From the NCBI GenBank assembly GCA_964612555.1, contig CAZTBW010000004.1:34353-98352 (forward strand): DNA of 64,000 nucleotides. Reading direction: 5' to 3'. This stretch comes from an uncultured Bdellovibrionales bacterium (GTDB taxonomy: Bacteria > Bdellovibrionota_C > UBA2361 > SZUA-149 > DAOLCO01). Of this stretch, positions 55,925 through 64,000 are shown piece by piece. The stretch's first letter is position 1, and every line of letters starts with the position of its first letter. The translations under genes were made by a program, and so were the position numbers. The notes under the pieces are model-generated. The model was not told the origin of the DNA. It ran no database searches and saw nothing but the letters and a program-made list of their open reading frames with translations.

Positions 55925-58621
55925 ATGAATACAGAAAACCCAACAAGCTCATTAAAAAAATATGAATTTTCAAAATGGGATGAAGATCTCCGATTTCTCA
56001 GAGACACGCTCCACGAAACTCTCCTTGAGTTGGGAATGTCGGAGGTTGCGCGTCTGCTACCCTGGGGCACCGCTGAGCTTGCGGTTAAATCAGTGACTCT
56101 ACCCTTATCTGAACGTGCTATTCAAGTCTTCTCTCTCTGTTTTCAGCTTCTCAATATGGTTGAAGAAAATACCGCAAATCAGATCAGGCGGGATAAAGGG
56201 TATTCAGGTGAGGGGCTTTGGGAAGATGCCTTTGAGCATTGCAAAAAACATTCTCTGTCATTTGCAGAGCTCAATCATTTTTTTTCAAATATACATCTTG
56301 AGCCGGTCCTTACGGCACACCCCACAGAAGCAAAGCGAGCAACCGTACTTGAACATCACAGACGATTGTATCTTCTTCTTGTCAAGGCAGAGAACAAAAT
56401 GTGGTCTGATCTTGAGCGGGAAGGGATTCGGGAAGATATCCAATCCTTGCTGGAGTGTCTCCTCAGAACCGGTGACCTCTATCTTGAGCGACCCGAGGTA
56501 GCAGATGAACTGAGAAATATCACCTACTATCTTAAGAGCACCTTCCCTTCAGCACTACAGGTATTAAACAGAAGATTTCGTCAATCCTGGGAACTTCACT
56601 ATTCGGAAGAAGCAAAAAACGGAAATTATCCGGTATTTCCCAAACTGAGTTTTGGCACCTGGGTAGGAGGAGATCGTGACGGGCATCCTTTTGTAAACAG
56701 TGAGGTGACCAGAAAAACCCTGCTTACGCTCAGGAGTCTGGCGATTCAAAATATTTCCGAATCACTTATTGAGCTTGTACGAGTTCTCAGCCTGAATGAC
56801 CGACTACAAAAAATCCCTCATTCACTGGAGAAGAGAAGCAGGGAATTAGCTGAAATCATCGGCAGAGACAAGGCAGACCTTTGTCTTAAACGTAATCCGG
56901 GGGAACCCTGGCGACAATATATAAACCTCATCATTTCAAGAGTTCCCCCTCCTGAAGGACATCCTGAAAATATTCATTATAAAAAACCTTCAGAGTTGAT
57001 CTCTGATCTTGAGATAATCAGAGACGCCCTCATTGAGATTGGTGCAAAACGCCTTGCTTTTAATGAAGTGGAGCCGGTTATAGTAATAGCAAAAGCATTC
57101 GGATTTCACCTTGCAACTCTTGATATTCGACAAAACAGTGGATTTCATGATCGGGCAATCTCCCAGCTCATCCATGCCGCAGGGCACGAGGATTATGCTT
57201 TTAGTGAATGGGGTGTGGAAAAACGAATTTCCTTTCTGAATAATGAACTCCAAAGTAGAAGACCGTTTGTTCAGGCTTCCGTTTCTGTCGGGCAAGAAGG
57301 TGATGAAATAAGAAAAACTTTAAGGGTGATTGCAGAACATGGAAGCACTTATGGATTTGACGGCATAGGTTCACTTATTGTCAGTATGACAAGAGACCTC
57401 TCAGATCTGCTCAGTGTGTATGTCCTTGCAAAGGAATCGGAGCTTGCCACATTTGAAACAGAAAATCTTCACTGTCCGGTGCCGGTAGTACCGCTTTTTG
57501 AAACCATAGATGACCTGAAAAGAAGTTTTTCTGTAGTAAAAGATTTTATCAGACACCCGGTCACTTCCGGACACGCCACAACATATCAGATCATGATCGG
57601 GTACAGTGACAGCAGTAAAGACGGGGGAGTTCTTTCAAGCTATTGGAATCTGTATCACACTCAGGACACTCTTACAAAAATAGGACAAGAGGAAGGAGTG
57701 CATTTTCGTTTTTTTCATGGAAGAGGTGGCACAGTCAGTCGTGGAGCAGGTCCAACCGGAAGATTTCTCGCAGCACTCCCACCCGGTTCATTTGCAAGTG
57801 GTCTCAGAATGACAGAACAGGGAGAAACCATTTCTCAAAAATACGCAAACCTTCTCACTGCCTCTTACAACCTCGAACTACTACACGCAGGTACCATCAT
57901 TCATGGATTACACAGCACTCATCAAAACGTATCTGATACCCTCATCAGTGGAAACGCCATACTTTCGGACATAAGCCAGAGTGCGTATCAAAATCTTCTC
58001 ACTCATAAGCATTTTGTTCGTTTCTTTCGTCAGGCTACCCCTATTGATGTTATTGAACACAGTCGATTTGGTTCCCGTCCTCCAAAACGAACCGGCGCGG
58101 AAACTCTGGAAGACTTACGAGCCATCCCTTGGGTCTTTAGCTGGAATCAATCACGTTTTTTCCTAAGCAGCTGGTACGGGGTTGGGACTGCGCTTCTGAC
58201 TTTAAAAAACGAGGACCCTGAAAAATGGGAAGCGCTTGCTTCTGAAATCAATACATGGGCTCCTTCCAGATACATTTTTACCAATATTGAATCGAGTATC
58301 TTTTCAGCCAGTTCACATTTTATGAAGGCATATGCATCACTGGTTGAAGATAAAAACATTCGTGATGAAATCCTGAACCTGATTCTTTCAGAATATGAAT
58401 TAAGCACTCGTATGATCACAGAACTTTTCAAAAAACATTTCGAGTCCAGACGACCCAGACTTTTCCGCACCCTTGAATACAGAGACAAACCACTAGAAAT
58501 CCTCCACAACACCCAGATTCATCTCCTAAAAGAATGGAGAAAAACCCAAAACGAAGACACCCTCACACAACTCCTCCTGGTAACAAACGCCATCGCAGGA
58601 GGGCTCAGAACAACAGGATAG
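55925..58621 (+). CDS. ppc: phosphoenolpyruvate carboxylase
   Basis: VLTAHPTEAKR, GYSDSSKDGG, FHGRGGTVSRGAGP and the C-terminal ...GLRTTG are present. 898 aa. Confidence 0.96.
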   Translation: MNTENPTSSLKKYEFSKWDEDLRFLRDTLHETLLELGMSEVARLLPWGTAELAVKSVTLPLSERAIQVFSLCFQLLNMVEENTANQIRRDKGYSGEGLWEDAFEHCKKHSLSFAELNHFFSNIHLEPVLTAHPTEAKRATVLEHHRRLYLLLVKAENKMWSDLEREGIREDIQSLLECLLRTGDLYLERPEVADELRNITYYLKSTFPSALQVLNRRFRQSWELHYSEEAKNGNYPVFPKLSFGTWVGGDRDGHPFVNSEVTRKTLLTLRSLAIQNISESLIELVRVLSLNDRLQKIPHSLEKRSRELAEIIGRDKADLCLKRNPGEPWRQYINLIISRVPPPEGHPENIHYKKPSELISDLEIIRDALIEIGAKRLAFNEVEPVIVIAKAFGFHLATLDIRQNSGFHDRAISQLIHAAGHEDYAFSEWGVEKRISFLNNELQSRRPFVQASVSVGQEGDEIRKTLRVIAEHGSTYGFDGIGSLIVSMTRDLSDLLSVYVLAKESELATFETENLHCPVPVVPLFETIDDLKRSFSVVKDFIRHPVTSGHATTYQIMIGYSDSSKDGGVLSSYWNLYHTQDTLTKIGQEEGVHFRFFHGRGGTVSRGAGPTGRFLAALPPGSFASGLRMTEQGETISQKYANLLTASYNLELLHAGTIIHGLHSTHQNVSDTLISGNAILSDISQSAYQNLLTHKHFVRFFRQATPIDVIEHSRFGSRPPKRTGAETLEDLRAIPWVFSWNQSRFFLSSWYGVGTALLTLKNEDPEKWEALASEINTWAPSRYIFTNIESSIFSASSHFMKAYASLVEDKNIRDEILNLILSEYELSTRMITELFKKHFESRRPRLFRTLEYRDKPLEILHNTQIHLLKEWRKTQNEDTLTQLLLVTNAIAGGLRTTG

Positions 58622-58636
58622 TCCTTCGACCAATAA

Positions 58637-58656
58637 GTTTTTGCACATGCAAAAAC
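58637..58656 (+). terminator. hairpin 16 nt after the ppc stop (gtttttgc-acat-gcaaaaac); no clear U-tract
   Basis: 8-bp perfect stem seen directly. Confidence 0.4.
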
Positions 58657-58762
58657 ACTAAACATAGCTCAGGACTAGTGCCGAGCGATACCTCAAAGTG
58701 AAAAAACTTTCCAGTCGAGGCACTAGAAAACCTATAAATTTCATATTCTGATTAGAAATCAG

Positions 58763-58792
58763 TTGTAAGGGCTGGCAATGGATTCGCATATA
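58763..58792 (+). promoter_or_regulatory. candidate sigma70 promoter for tRNA-Arg
   Basis: TTGTAA, then 18 nt, then CATATA, about 23 nt upstream of the mature tRNA 5' end. Confidence 0.3.
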
Positions 58793-58814
58793 TAGTATAA
58801 CCCCGAAAATCCAT

Positions 58815-58888
58815 GCACCCATAGCTCAGTTGGATAGAGCAACTGACTTCTAATCAGTAGGTCGGACGTTCGAGTCGTCCTGGGTGCA
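58815..58888 (+). tRNA. tRNA-Arg (anticodon UCU)
   Basis: Hand-folded cloverleaf: GCACCCA/TGGGTGC acceptor, GCTC/GAGC D stem, ACTGA-CTTCTAA-TCAGT anticodon arm and GGACG-TTCGAGT-CGTCC T arm. 74 nt. CCA is not encoded. Confidence 0.95.
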
Positions 58889-58902
58889 TTTTCTTCTTAC
58901 CC

Positions 58903-60213
58903 CTATTTTATCATGCCTCGTAGTCGCTTCAAGCGTTCCTTGATTTGGGGGTCAATTCCTTGAGTGCCTGGTTCATACACAACGACATCTCCCAACTCTT
59001 CAGGTAAATACCGCTCCGGTACAAAGGCATCAGGGTAGTCATGGGGATATTTATATCCAATTGAGTTCCCCATCTCCTTCATCAGTTCAGTTGGAGCGTT
59101 TCTGAGGTGTTTGGGAATCTCAATCCCCTGATTTTCTGAAACGATCTTCTGCATCTTTCTCAGTGCCATATAGGTCGCATTGGATTTTGGGCAAGAGGCA
59201 AGGTAACATGCGGCATGTGCCAGCGGTATCATACCTTCGGGGAGCCCCACCCGTTCAAGTGCCTGATCTGCATTGAGTGCAATTTGCAGTGCTCTGGGGT
59301 CACAGTTTGCATCTTCTGATGCAAAGATAATCATTCTTCGTGAAATAAAAAGAGGGTCTTCACCCGATTCAATAGCACGAATCATGTAATATAAAGCCGC
59401 ATCAGGGTCAGAACCCCGCATGGATTTTATAAATGCAGATATGCAGTCATAATGATAGTCACCTGACTGATCAAAAGGCTTTGGTTGAGTACCAAATGAT
59501 TCCTCAACGTCATTTCTGGTAATTTTATCTCGCTTATCAGTATGAACGTACAAAGCAGTCCACTCAAGAGCATTCAGCGCTCTTCTTGCATCACCACCAG
59601 CCAGTTTTGCAATGCACTCCCTGGCATTTTCTTCAATTTGAAGCCCGTACTTACCAAGCCCTCTTTTAGAATCTAAAAGAGCGCGGGTAACGAGAATTTT
59701 AATATCATCTTCAGATAAAAGAGAAAGTGACACTACACGCATTCTACTTAAGAGAGCAGAACGTAATCTGAAACTGACATTATCGGTAGTCATACCAATA
59801 ACAGTCAAAATACCAGACTCTACATGGGGCAGAAACGCATCCTGCTGACTTCGATTAAAACGATGTATCTCATCAACAAGAGCAAGAGTACGTTTACCAC
59901 TGAGTCTCATGTTATTCTCAGCACCAACAACCACTTCACGAAGCTCCTTAACCCCATCAAGGACTCCCGATAGTCGTACAAAATCATATCCACTCTGTTC
60001 TGCTATTACTTTAGCAAGTGTAGTCTTTCCGGTTCCCGGTGGTCCCCAGAAAATCATTGAAGGAATCAAGGCACCCTGATCACGCAGAATCTTGCCAAGA
60101 GGAGCATCTCTTCCTATCACATTCAGATGCCCCACCACTTCATCAAGTGTTCGTGGACGCATGCGCTCTGCAAGAGGAGTCACAAAAGAATTTGAAAAAA
60201 GACCATCTGACAT
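58903..60213 (-). CDS. rarA: replication-associated recombination protein A (AAA+ ATPase RarA/MgsA)
   Basis: GPPGTGKTTLA and LVDEIHRFN, plus a MgsA C-terminal region (SMRGSDPDAALYY). Confidence 0.94.
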   Translation of the reverse strand: MSDGLFSNSFVTPLAERMRPRTLDEVVGHLNVIGRDAPLGKILRDQGALIPSMIFWGPPGTGKTTLAKVIAEQSGYDFVRLSGVLDGVKELREVVVGAENNMRLSGKRTLALVDEIHRFNRSQQDAFLPHVESGILTVIGMTTDNVSFRLRSALLSRMRVVSLSLLSEDDIKILVTRALLDSKRGLGKYGLQIEENARECIAKLAGGDARRALNALEWTALYVHTDKRDKITRNDVEESFGTQPKPFDQSGDYHYDCISAFIKSMRGSDPDAALYYMIRAIESGEDPLFISRRMIIFASEDANCDPRALQIALNADQALERVGLPEGMIPLAHAACYLASCPKSNATYMALRKMQKIVSENQGIEIPKHLRNAPTELMKEMGNSIGYKYPHDYPDAFVPERYLPEELGDVVVYEPGTQGIDPQIKERLKRLRGMIK

Positions 60214-60264
60214 AAAAGATCACATTATAAAGATCACATTATAATGAATTCAAGCAAACAAACA

Positions 60265-61377
60265 TCAAAACGCCCACAAACCGTTCACATACATGGAAGA
60301 AAAATATAACATCAGAGAAAAGGAAGATAAAATAATCATGGCAAACAATAAACGCTTATTTACCAGAGATAAAATCAAAAACAAGGGAAAACAGCAAAGC
60401 ACATATCTGGGCATCGCTATCAGATGAGTGCAGGATGAAAGAAAAAGCAGATATATCAGACTAAACAGGGAATATACCTCTGGAATTTTCTTCAGACCAT
60501 ATACAGAGATGATACATCCACCAATCAAAAAGATGGAACTCCACGTACGAATCATGGAGAAATCTTTATCTATCAAAAGATAAGGATTTCTCCAGAGTGA
60601 AATAAAGGTATCAAACGATTCCTGAAATGGGAAAGAGCCGAACTTGATTGTATAATCAGGTCTATACGTATACAAAAACATAAAATCGTCATGATAGAGG
60701 TAGCCTATAATGTTTTGAAAACAGAAAGCAATTGCAGGTATAAGAAAATACAGAATTTGATAAAATCGAAACTTCTTATTAGTCAGAATATAAAACAGGA
60801 AAACCGGAATCAAAACAAAACCCACAGATCTGCTTAACATAGATCCTGCAAGCGAGAGTGAAGCTAACAAGAGGCTCTCTCTAACTCTCAAGAAATAAAA
60901 GAAAAGCAAAGTAAAAAATAAAAATATCGACTCAGAGTACGGCGCAAAAAGGAAATATGCAGTTGGAAAAATATTCAGAAGCAAAGTAGCAAAATATGCC
61001 TTCTCTCTGGATTTAAATTCAAACTTCACCAAAGAAAAAAGAATAAAAGATACAAATACCGAAAATACATTTGAAACAATGAAAGATGAAGTAGAATAAG
61101 AAAATCCCGTAAGATATTCTGTAACAGAAGTAGCAAAGGGGAACATTGGGGGAAAGAAAATCATAAAACGATTATCATCTTCCTCATACGCCTTTCCATA
61201 TCCATGCTCGGCTATTTTCTGATAATGCAAAGCATCCCAGTGGTTCCAGATCGTAAAAACAGTTTCATCGGGATACTTTTCAAAATCAAACTGATACACC
61301 CCCCAAACAAAAAGCCCCGCTTTCAGGAAGATCAGCGCGATGAGAATAAATAGATAGTCTTTCAGAGTATTGTTCAT
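60265..61377 (-). CDS. PIG-V-like GT-C mannosyltransferase-family membrane protein
   Basis: WNHWDALHYQKIAEHGY is the PIG-V-family signature. About 10 TM helices. Confidence 0.55.
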   Translation of the reverse strand: MNNTLKDYLFILIALIFLKAGLFVWGVYQFDFEKYPDETVFTIWNHWDALHYQKIAEHGYGKAYEEDDNRFMIFFPPMFPFATSVTEYLTGFSYSTSSFIVSNVFSVFVSFILFSLVKFEFKSREKAYFATLLLNIFPTAYFLFAPYSESIFLFFTLLFFYFLRVRESLLLASLSLAGSMLSRSVGFVLIPVFLFYILTNKKFRFYQILYFLIPAIAFCFQNIIGYLYHDDFMFLYTYRPDYTIKFGSFPFQESFDTFISLWRNPYLLIDKDFSMIRTWSSIFLIGGCIISVYGLKKIPEVYSLFSLIYLLFLSSCTHLIAMPRYVLCCFPLFLILSLVNKRLLFAMIILSSFSLMLYFSSMYVNGLWAF

Positions 61378-61390
61378 TTTATGAGAATGG

Positions 61391-61491
61391 ATTCTACCCT
61401 TTTTGCAAAGACAGCCCGTACCACTCCTTCACAAGCATGTAAAATGCTCATTAACAATAATCAAGTACGCTCTCTGCAAAAAGGGTAGAAT
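61391..61491 (-). repeat. perfect 17-bp inverted repeat (attctaccctttttgca / tgcaaaaagggtagaat) enclosing 67 nt; predicted 101-nt structured RNA
   Basis: Arms at 61391-61407 and 61475-61491, read directly. The inner region has further helices (CGTAC/GTACG and AGCAT-loop-ATGCT). It abuts the tRNA-Thr 3' end and stops 14 nt before the next start codon. Confidence 0.85.
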
Positions 61492-61566
61492 GGAGCTGAC
61501 GATGGGACTTGAACCCGCAACCTGCTGATTACAAGTCAGCTGCTCTACCAATTGAGCTACGTCAGC
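61491..61566 (-). tRNA. tRNA-Thr (anticodon UGU), CCA encoded
   Basis: Hand-folded: GCTGACG/CGTCAGC acceptor, GCTC/GAGC D stem, GCTGA-CTTGTAA-TCAGC anticodon arm and GCGGG-TTCAAGT-CCCAT T arm (one C-A mismatch and one G-U pair). Discriminator T followed by CCA. Confidence 0.9.
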
Positions 61567-61746
61567 CCGAGGTGCGCTAAATTGCCATTAATTGGGTAAA
61601 ATGACAAGCCTAATTATTTAGTATTATTATAAGTTTTAATTTTGCTATATTTTTTTGTGTTTTTTCATAAAGATTTTCTATCTTAAGGGAACCCCAGCAG
61701 GTACCATGGTTTATATCTGTTGAGTCTGGAGTCTCTATAAAACTAC

Positions 61747-64000
61747 ATGGCACTTCCCGAGCAGCAACATTCAATAGAGTCCGTAATTGAAGAGACTCTT
61801 TTTCTCCTTGGTAATCTTGAAGTTGACCTGCCCTCCCGATTCAAGGAAGCCGTCAAACTTCTTACCGAAAAAACAGCTTCCATCTTCAGATATGACCGGG
61901 TAGGTCTCTGGTTCTTTGATGAAGAAAAAAAAGTACTTACCGCAGAAAATGTATATGATACGAGATTTCGAAAGCATATCTCCGGAGTGCGGGTAGGTAT
62001 ATCTGACTATCCACTATATGTAGAGGTCTTGCGCACTGTAAGAGCTCACTCCATTCCAGTCATAAACGAATCAAACGTACCCTCAGATCTTCTTCTGGAA
62101 TATTTTAAAAAATTTGATATCCGATCTCTTATCAGTAGCAGTATATGGCATAAAGGCGACCTTATCGGAGTAATATCCGGAAGTACGGTTGGCAGAAACC
62201 ATAGCTGGTCGCTACAGGAAAGGCTGTATTTTGCATCACTTGGAGACCTGGTCTCCAAATGGATAATAGAGTCGACATCTGACTCATCAGAAAACACCGA
62301 ACAAAGAATTTCACTGCGTAAACTGGTAAAAGAACTCTCAATTCTCTGCTCACGGGGAAGTTTTGTAGGCTTCAAGGAAGCAACTCAAACCTCACTTACC
62401 TCCATCAACAAGATTGTACACGCACACAGAACAAGAGCGATTGTAATAGAAAACAGAGACAGCTATTTTCTCTCAAGTGCCACAGAAGAAATAAAACCTG
62501 TCCCGATCGACCTCTCAAAAAAAATATTTCTACTTGCCACCAATTCAAAAGTCATATGGATACCGGACATCTCCCAATCACATCAGTACACAACACAAAT
62601 AATAAAGAAACTGGGGTTCAAAGATCACTCGGCAGTACTTATCGCTCCTTTTGGAACAAGTAACGAGCACCGTTTCCATGATGAAAAAACAAATACCCAT
62701 GGGGTACTCTGTATAGAGTTCAGACCACCCGCACCCCCCTGGAACGATACCCTTAAAGAAGTACTCCTTTGCGCCACTGAAGCATTTTCAATCCTTGCAC
62801 AACATGCCCACACAAAAGCACTGTACAGGGAAAGTCTGGACATTGCCCGTGCCGCTTTTGAACACTCATCAGTAGGCATGGTTCTTTTTAATTCAGTGGG
62901 GAAAATTTTAAAGATTAACAAATCATTTACCAAGATGATTGGCGGACAGCCTGAACACTACCACAGGATGAGCATCTGGAAGGCGGTACCTTCATTACTG
63001 GACCACTTCCTGCATCTGGAGACCATTAAAAATGCAACTGATGGCTCCAGCTACCAATTCGAGGAAATGCTGAATTCCTCCACGGACAAAAAGTGGGGAC
63101 TCTTTAACATATCTTTTGTACCGGGCACCAAAGATGTAAAAAATCGTTCCGAAGGTTACTTTCTCTTACAGGCACTCGACATTACTCAAAGGAAAAAAGC
63201 CCTGATTGCACTTTCAGAACAAAGAACATTTTTCCGGACTGTAATTGACACCGACCCGAACTTTATCTTTGCCAAAGATAAAAACGGAGTCTTTACTCTT
63301 GCAAATAAAGCGGTAGCAGAAGCATATGGCACCACAGTAGAGGGGATTTTAGGTAAAACCGATTCCGATTTTAATTCAAATCAGGAGCAGGTAAACGGCT
63401 ATCGGGAAGATGATCTGTACGTGCTTCGTGAAGGGAAAATTCTTAACGAAATCGAAGAAGTGATAACTGACTCCAAGGGCGCCACTCGCTATCTCCAAAC
63501 GGTCAAATCCCCCATCTTTGATAAAAACGGGGTGCCGATATACGTACTTGGTGTATCAACTGACATTACTGAAAGAAAAAAGTCTGAAGAGAAAAAACAG
63601 GAGCTACTTAGAAAGCTTGAACACACACAAAAACTTGAAAGTCTCGGAGTATTGGCAAGTGGCATTGCACACGATTTCAACAATCTGCTACTTGGAATCA
63701 TTGGAAACTCTGCCCTGTCCCTGAAATATATTGAGGAAGGCAGTCCTGCAAAAAGCTTTATTGAAAAAACGGTTGCCGCAGCAGAAAATGCGACAGAGCT
63801 TACTTCACAGCTTTTATCTTATTCCGGTAAAGGCACATTCTTTATAACCCCGGTGGAGCTCACCACGGCAGTTCGGGAAACATCCATGCTCGTAGAAAGA
63901 ATCACGGAAAAAAAGGGAAATGTTATTTTTTCAGTTCCAACAGAAGACATCATCATTGATGCGGATATGGGACAACTTCGCCAGGTCATTCTCAACCTGA
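61747..64000 (+). CDS. multidomain sensor histidine kinase (GAF-like, GAF-like, PAS, PAS, HisKA, start of HATPase); 3' end beyond the window
   Basis: My own translation (absent from the track because there is no stop): MALPEQQHSIESVIEETLFLLG..., PAS-like blocks (FRTVIDTDPNFIFAKDKNGVFTLANKAVAEAYG) and the H-box LESLGVLASGIAHDFNNLL. An in-frame TAA lies directly upstream of the ATG. Confidence 0.85.
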   Translation, partial: MALPEQQHSIESVIEETLFLLGNLEVDLPSRFKEAVKLLTEKTASIFRYDRVGLWFFDEEKKVLTAENVYDTRFRKHISGVRVGISDYPLYVEVLRTVRAHSIPVINESNVPSDLLLEYFKKFDIRSLISSSIWHKGDLIGVISGSTVGRNHSWSLQERLYFASLGDLVSKWIIESTSDSSENTEQRISLRKLVKELSILCSRGSFVGFKEATQTSLTSINKIVHAHRTRAIVIENRDSYFLSSATEEIKPVPIDLSKKIFLLATNSKVIWIPDISQSHQYTTQIIKKLGFKDHSAVLIAPFGTSNEHRFHDEKTNTHGVLCIEFRPPAPPWNDTLKEVLLCATEAFSILAQHAHTKALYRESLDIARAAFEHSSVGMVLFNSVGKILKINKSFTKMIGGQPEHYHRMSIWKAVPSLLDHFLHLETIKNATDGSSYQFEEMLNSSTDKKWGLFNISFVPGTKDVKNRSEGYFLLQALDITQRKKALIALSEQRTFFRTVIDTDPNFIFAKDKNGVFTLANKAVAEAYGTTVEGILGKTDSDFNSNQEQVNGYREDDLYVLREGKILNEIEEVITDSKGATRYLQTVKSPIFDKNGVPIYVLGVSTDITERKKSEEKKQELLRKLEHTQKLESLGVLASGIAHDFNNLLLGIIGNSALSLKYIEEGSPAKSFIEKTVAAAENATELTSQLLSYSGKGTFFITPVELTTAVRETSMLVERITEKKGNVIFSVPTEDIIIDADMGQLRQVILNL

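Noticed and set aside
61391-61491. Insertion sequence or integrated element at tRNA-Thr.
   Set aside because: No integrase or transposase lies nearby. I saw no direct duplication of the tRNA 3' end, and the element occurs only once in this window. I therefore did not call it a mobile element, although a MITE remains possible if other copies exist in the genome.
61771-63701. Four minus-strand ORFs from the track (61771-61977, 62046-62375, 62625-62933 and 63489-63701).
   Set aside because: All lie antisense to one continuous plus-strand reading frame (61747 to the window end) that encodes a clear GAF/PAS histidine kinase. The track omitted that frame only because it has no stop inside the window.
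1-64000. CRISPR arrays, rRNA genes, toxin-antitoxin pairs, restriction-modification or other known defence systems.
   Set aside because: I found no array of three or more regularly spaced repeats. I found no cas-like, nuclease/helicase/methylase defence-type or small TA-like ORF pairs. All direct repeats I found have just two copies.

Overview
This 64-kb window is almost entirely core genome from a moderately AT-rich diderm (Gram-negative) bacterium. The ribosomal-protein sequences look delta-proteobacterial or Bdellovibrionota-like, but I cannot verify that here. Every gene from 1 to 29726 is on the minus strand.

The centre is a complete S10-spc-alpha ribosomal supercluster (rpsJ at 19731 down to rplQ at 3573). 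It includes secY, adk, map, rpoA and an rpmJ gene that the ORF track missed. The same strand then continues without a break into fabI, a methyltransferase, a Wzy/O-antigen-ligase-like protein and a truncated pfk.

The cluster lacks rpsN (S14) between rplE and rpsH, and lacks infA between map and rpmJ. The slot upstream of rpsJ, normally held by tuf/fusA, carries two other units:
- an Rrf2 regulator plus a His/Cys-rich permease operon;
- a tightly coupled three-gene module of Tad-pseudopilin-like proteins (512, 229 and about 870 aa). The largest has a cysteine-rich C-terminal domain of about 800 aa that I cannot assign to any family. No other Tad/Flp machinery is present in the window.

This three-gene module is the best candidate for something undescribed.

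The rest of the window is housekeeping and envelope genes:
- ftsE-ftsX-envC-ctp-tlyA, thiL, an IMPase, aqpZ and an OmpA-like protein;
- two secreted S1 proteases, an MFS transporter, etfBA plus DUF192 and a J-domain protein;
- ubiE, ppc, rarA and three large GT-C/Wzy-like membrane proteins;
- tRNA-Arg(UCU), tRNA-Thr(UGU) and a truncated GAF-PAS histidine kinase.

I saw no CRISPR array, transposase, integrase, rRNA or recognisable defence genes. Non-coding items worth a look are a 101-nt structured element with perfect 17-bp arms abutting tRNA-Thr, a 308-nt convergent intergenic region and several short exact tandem duplications.

The ORF track renders alternative start codons (TTG/GTG) as M. 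I trimmed several N-termini for that reason.
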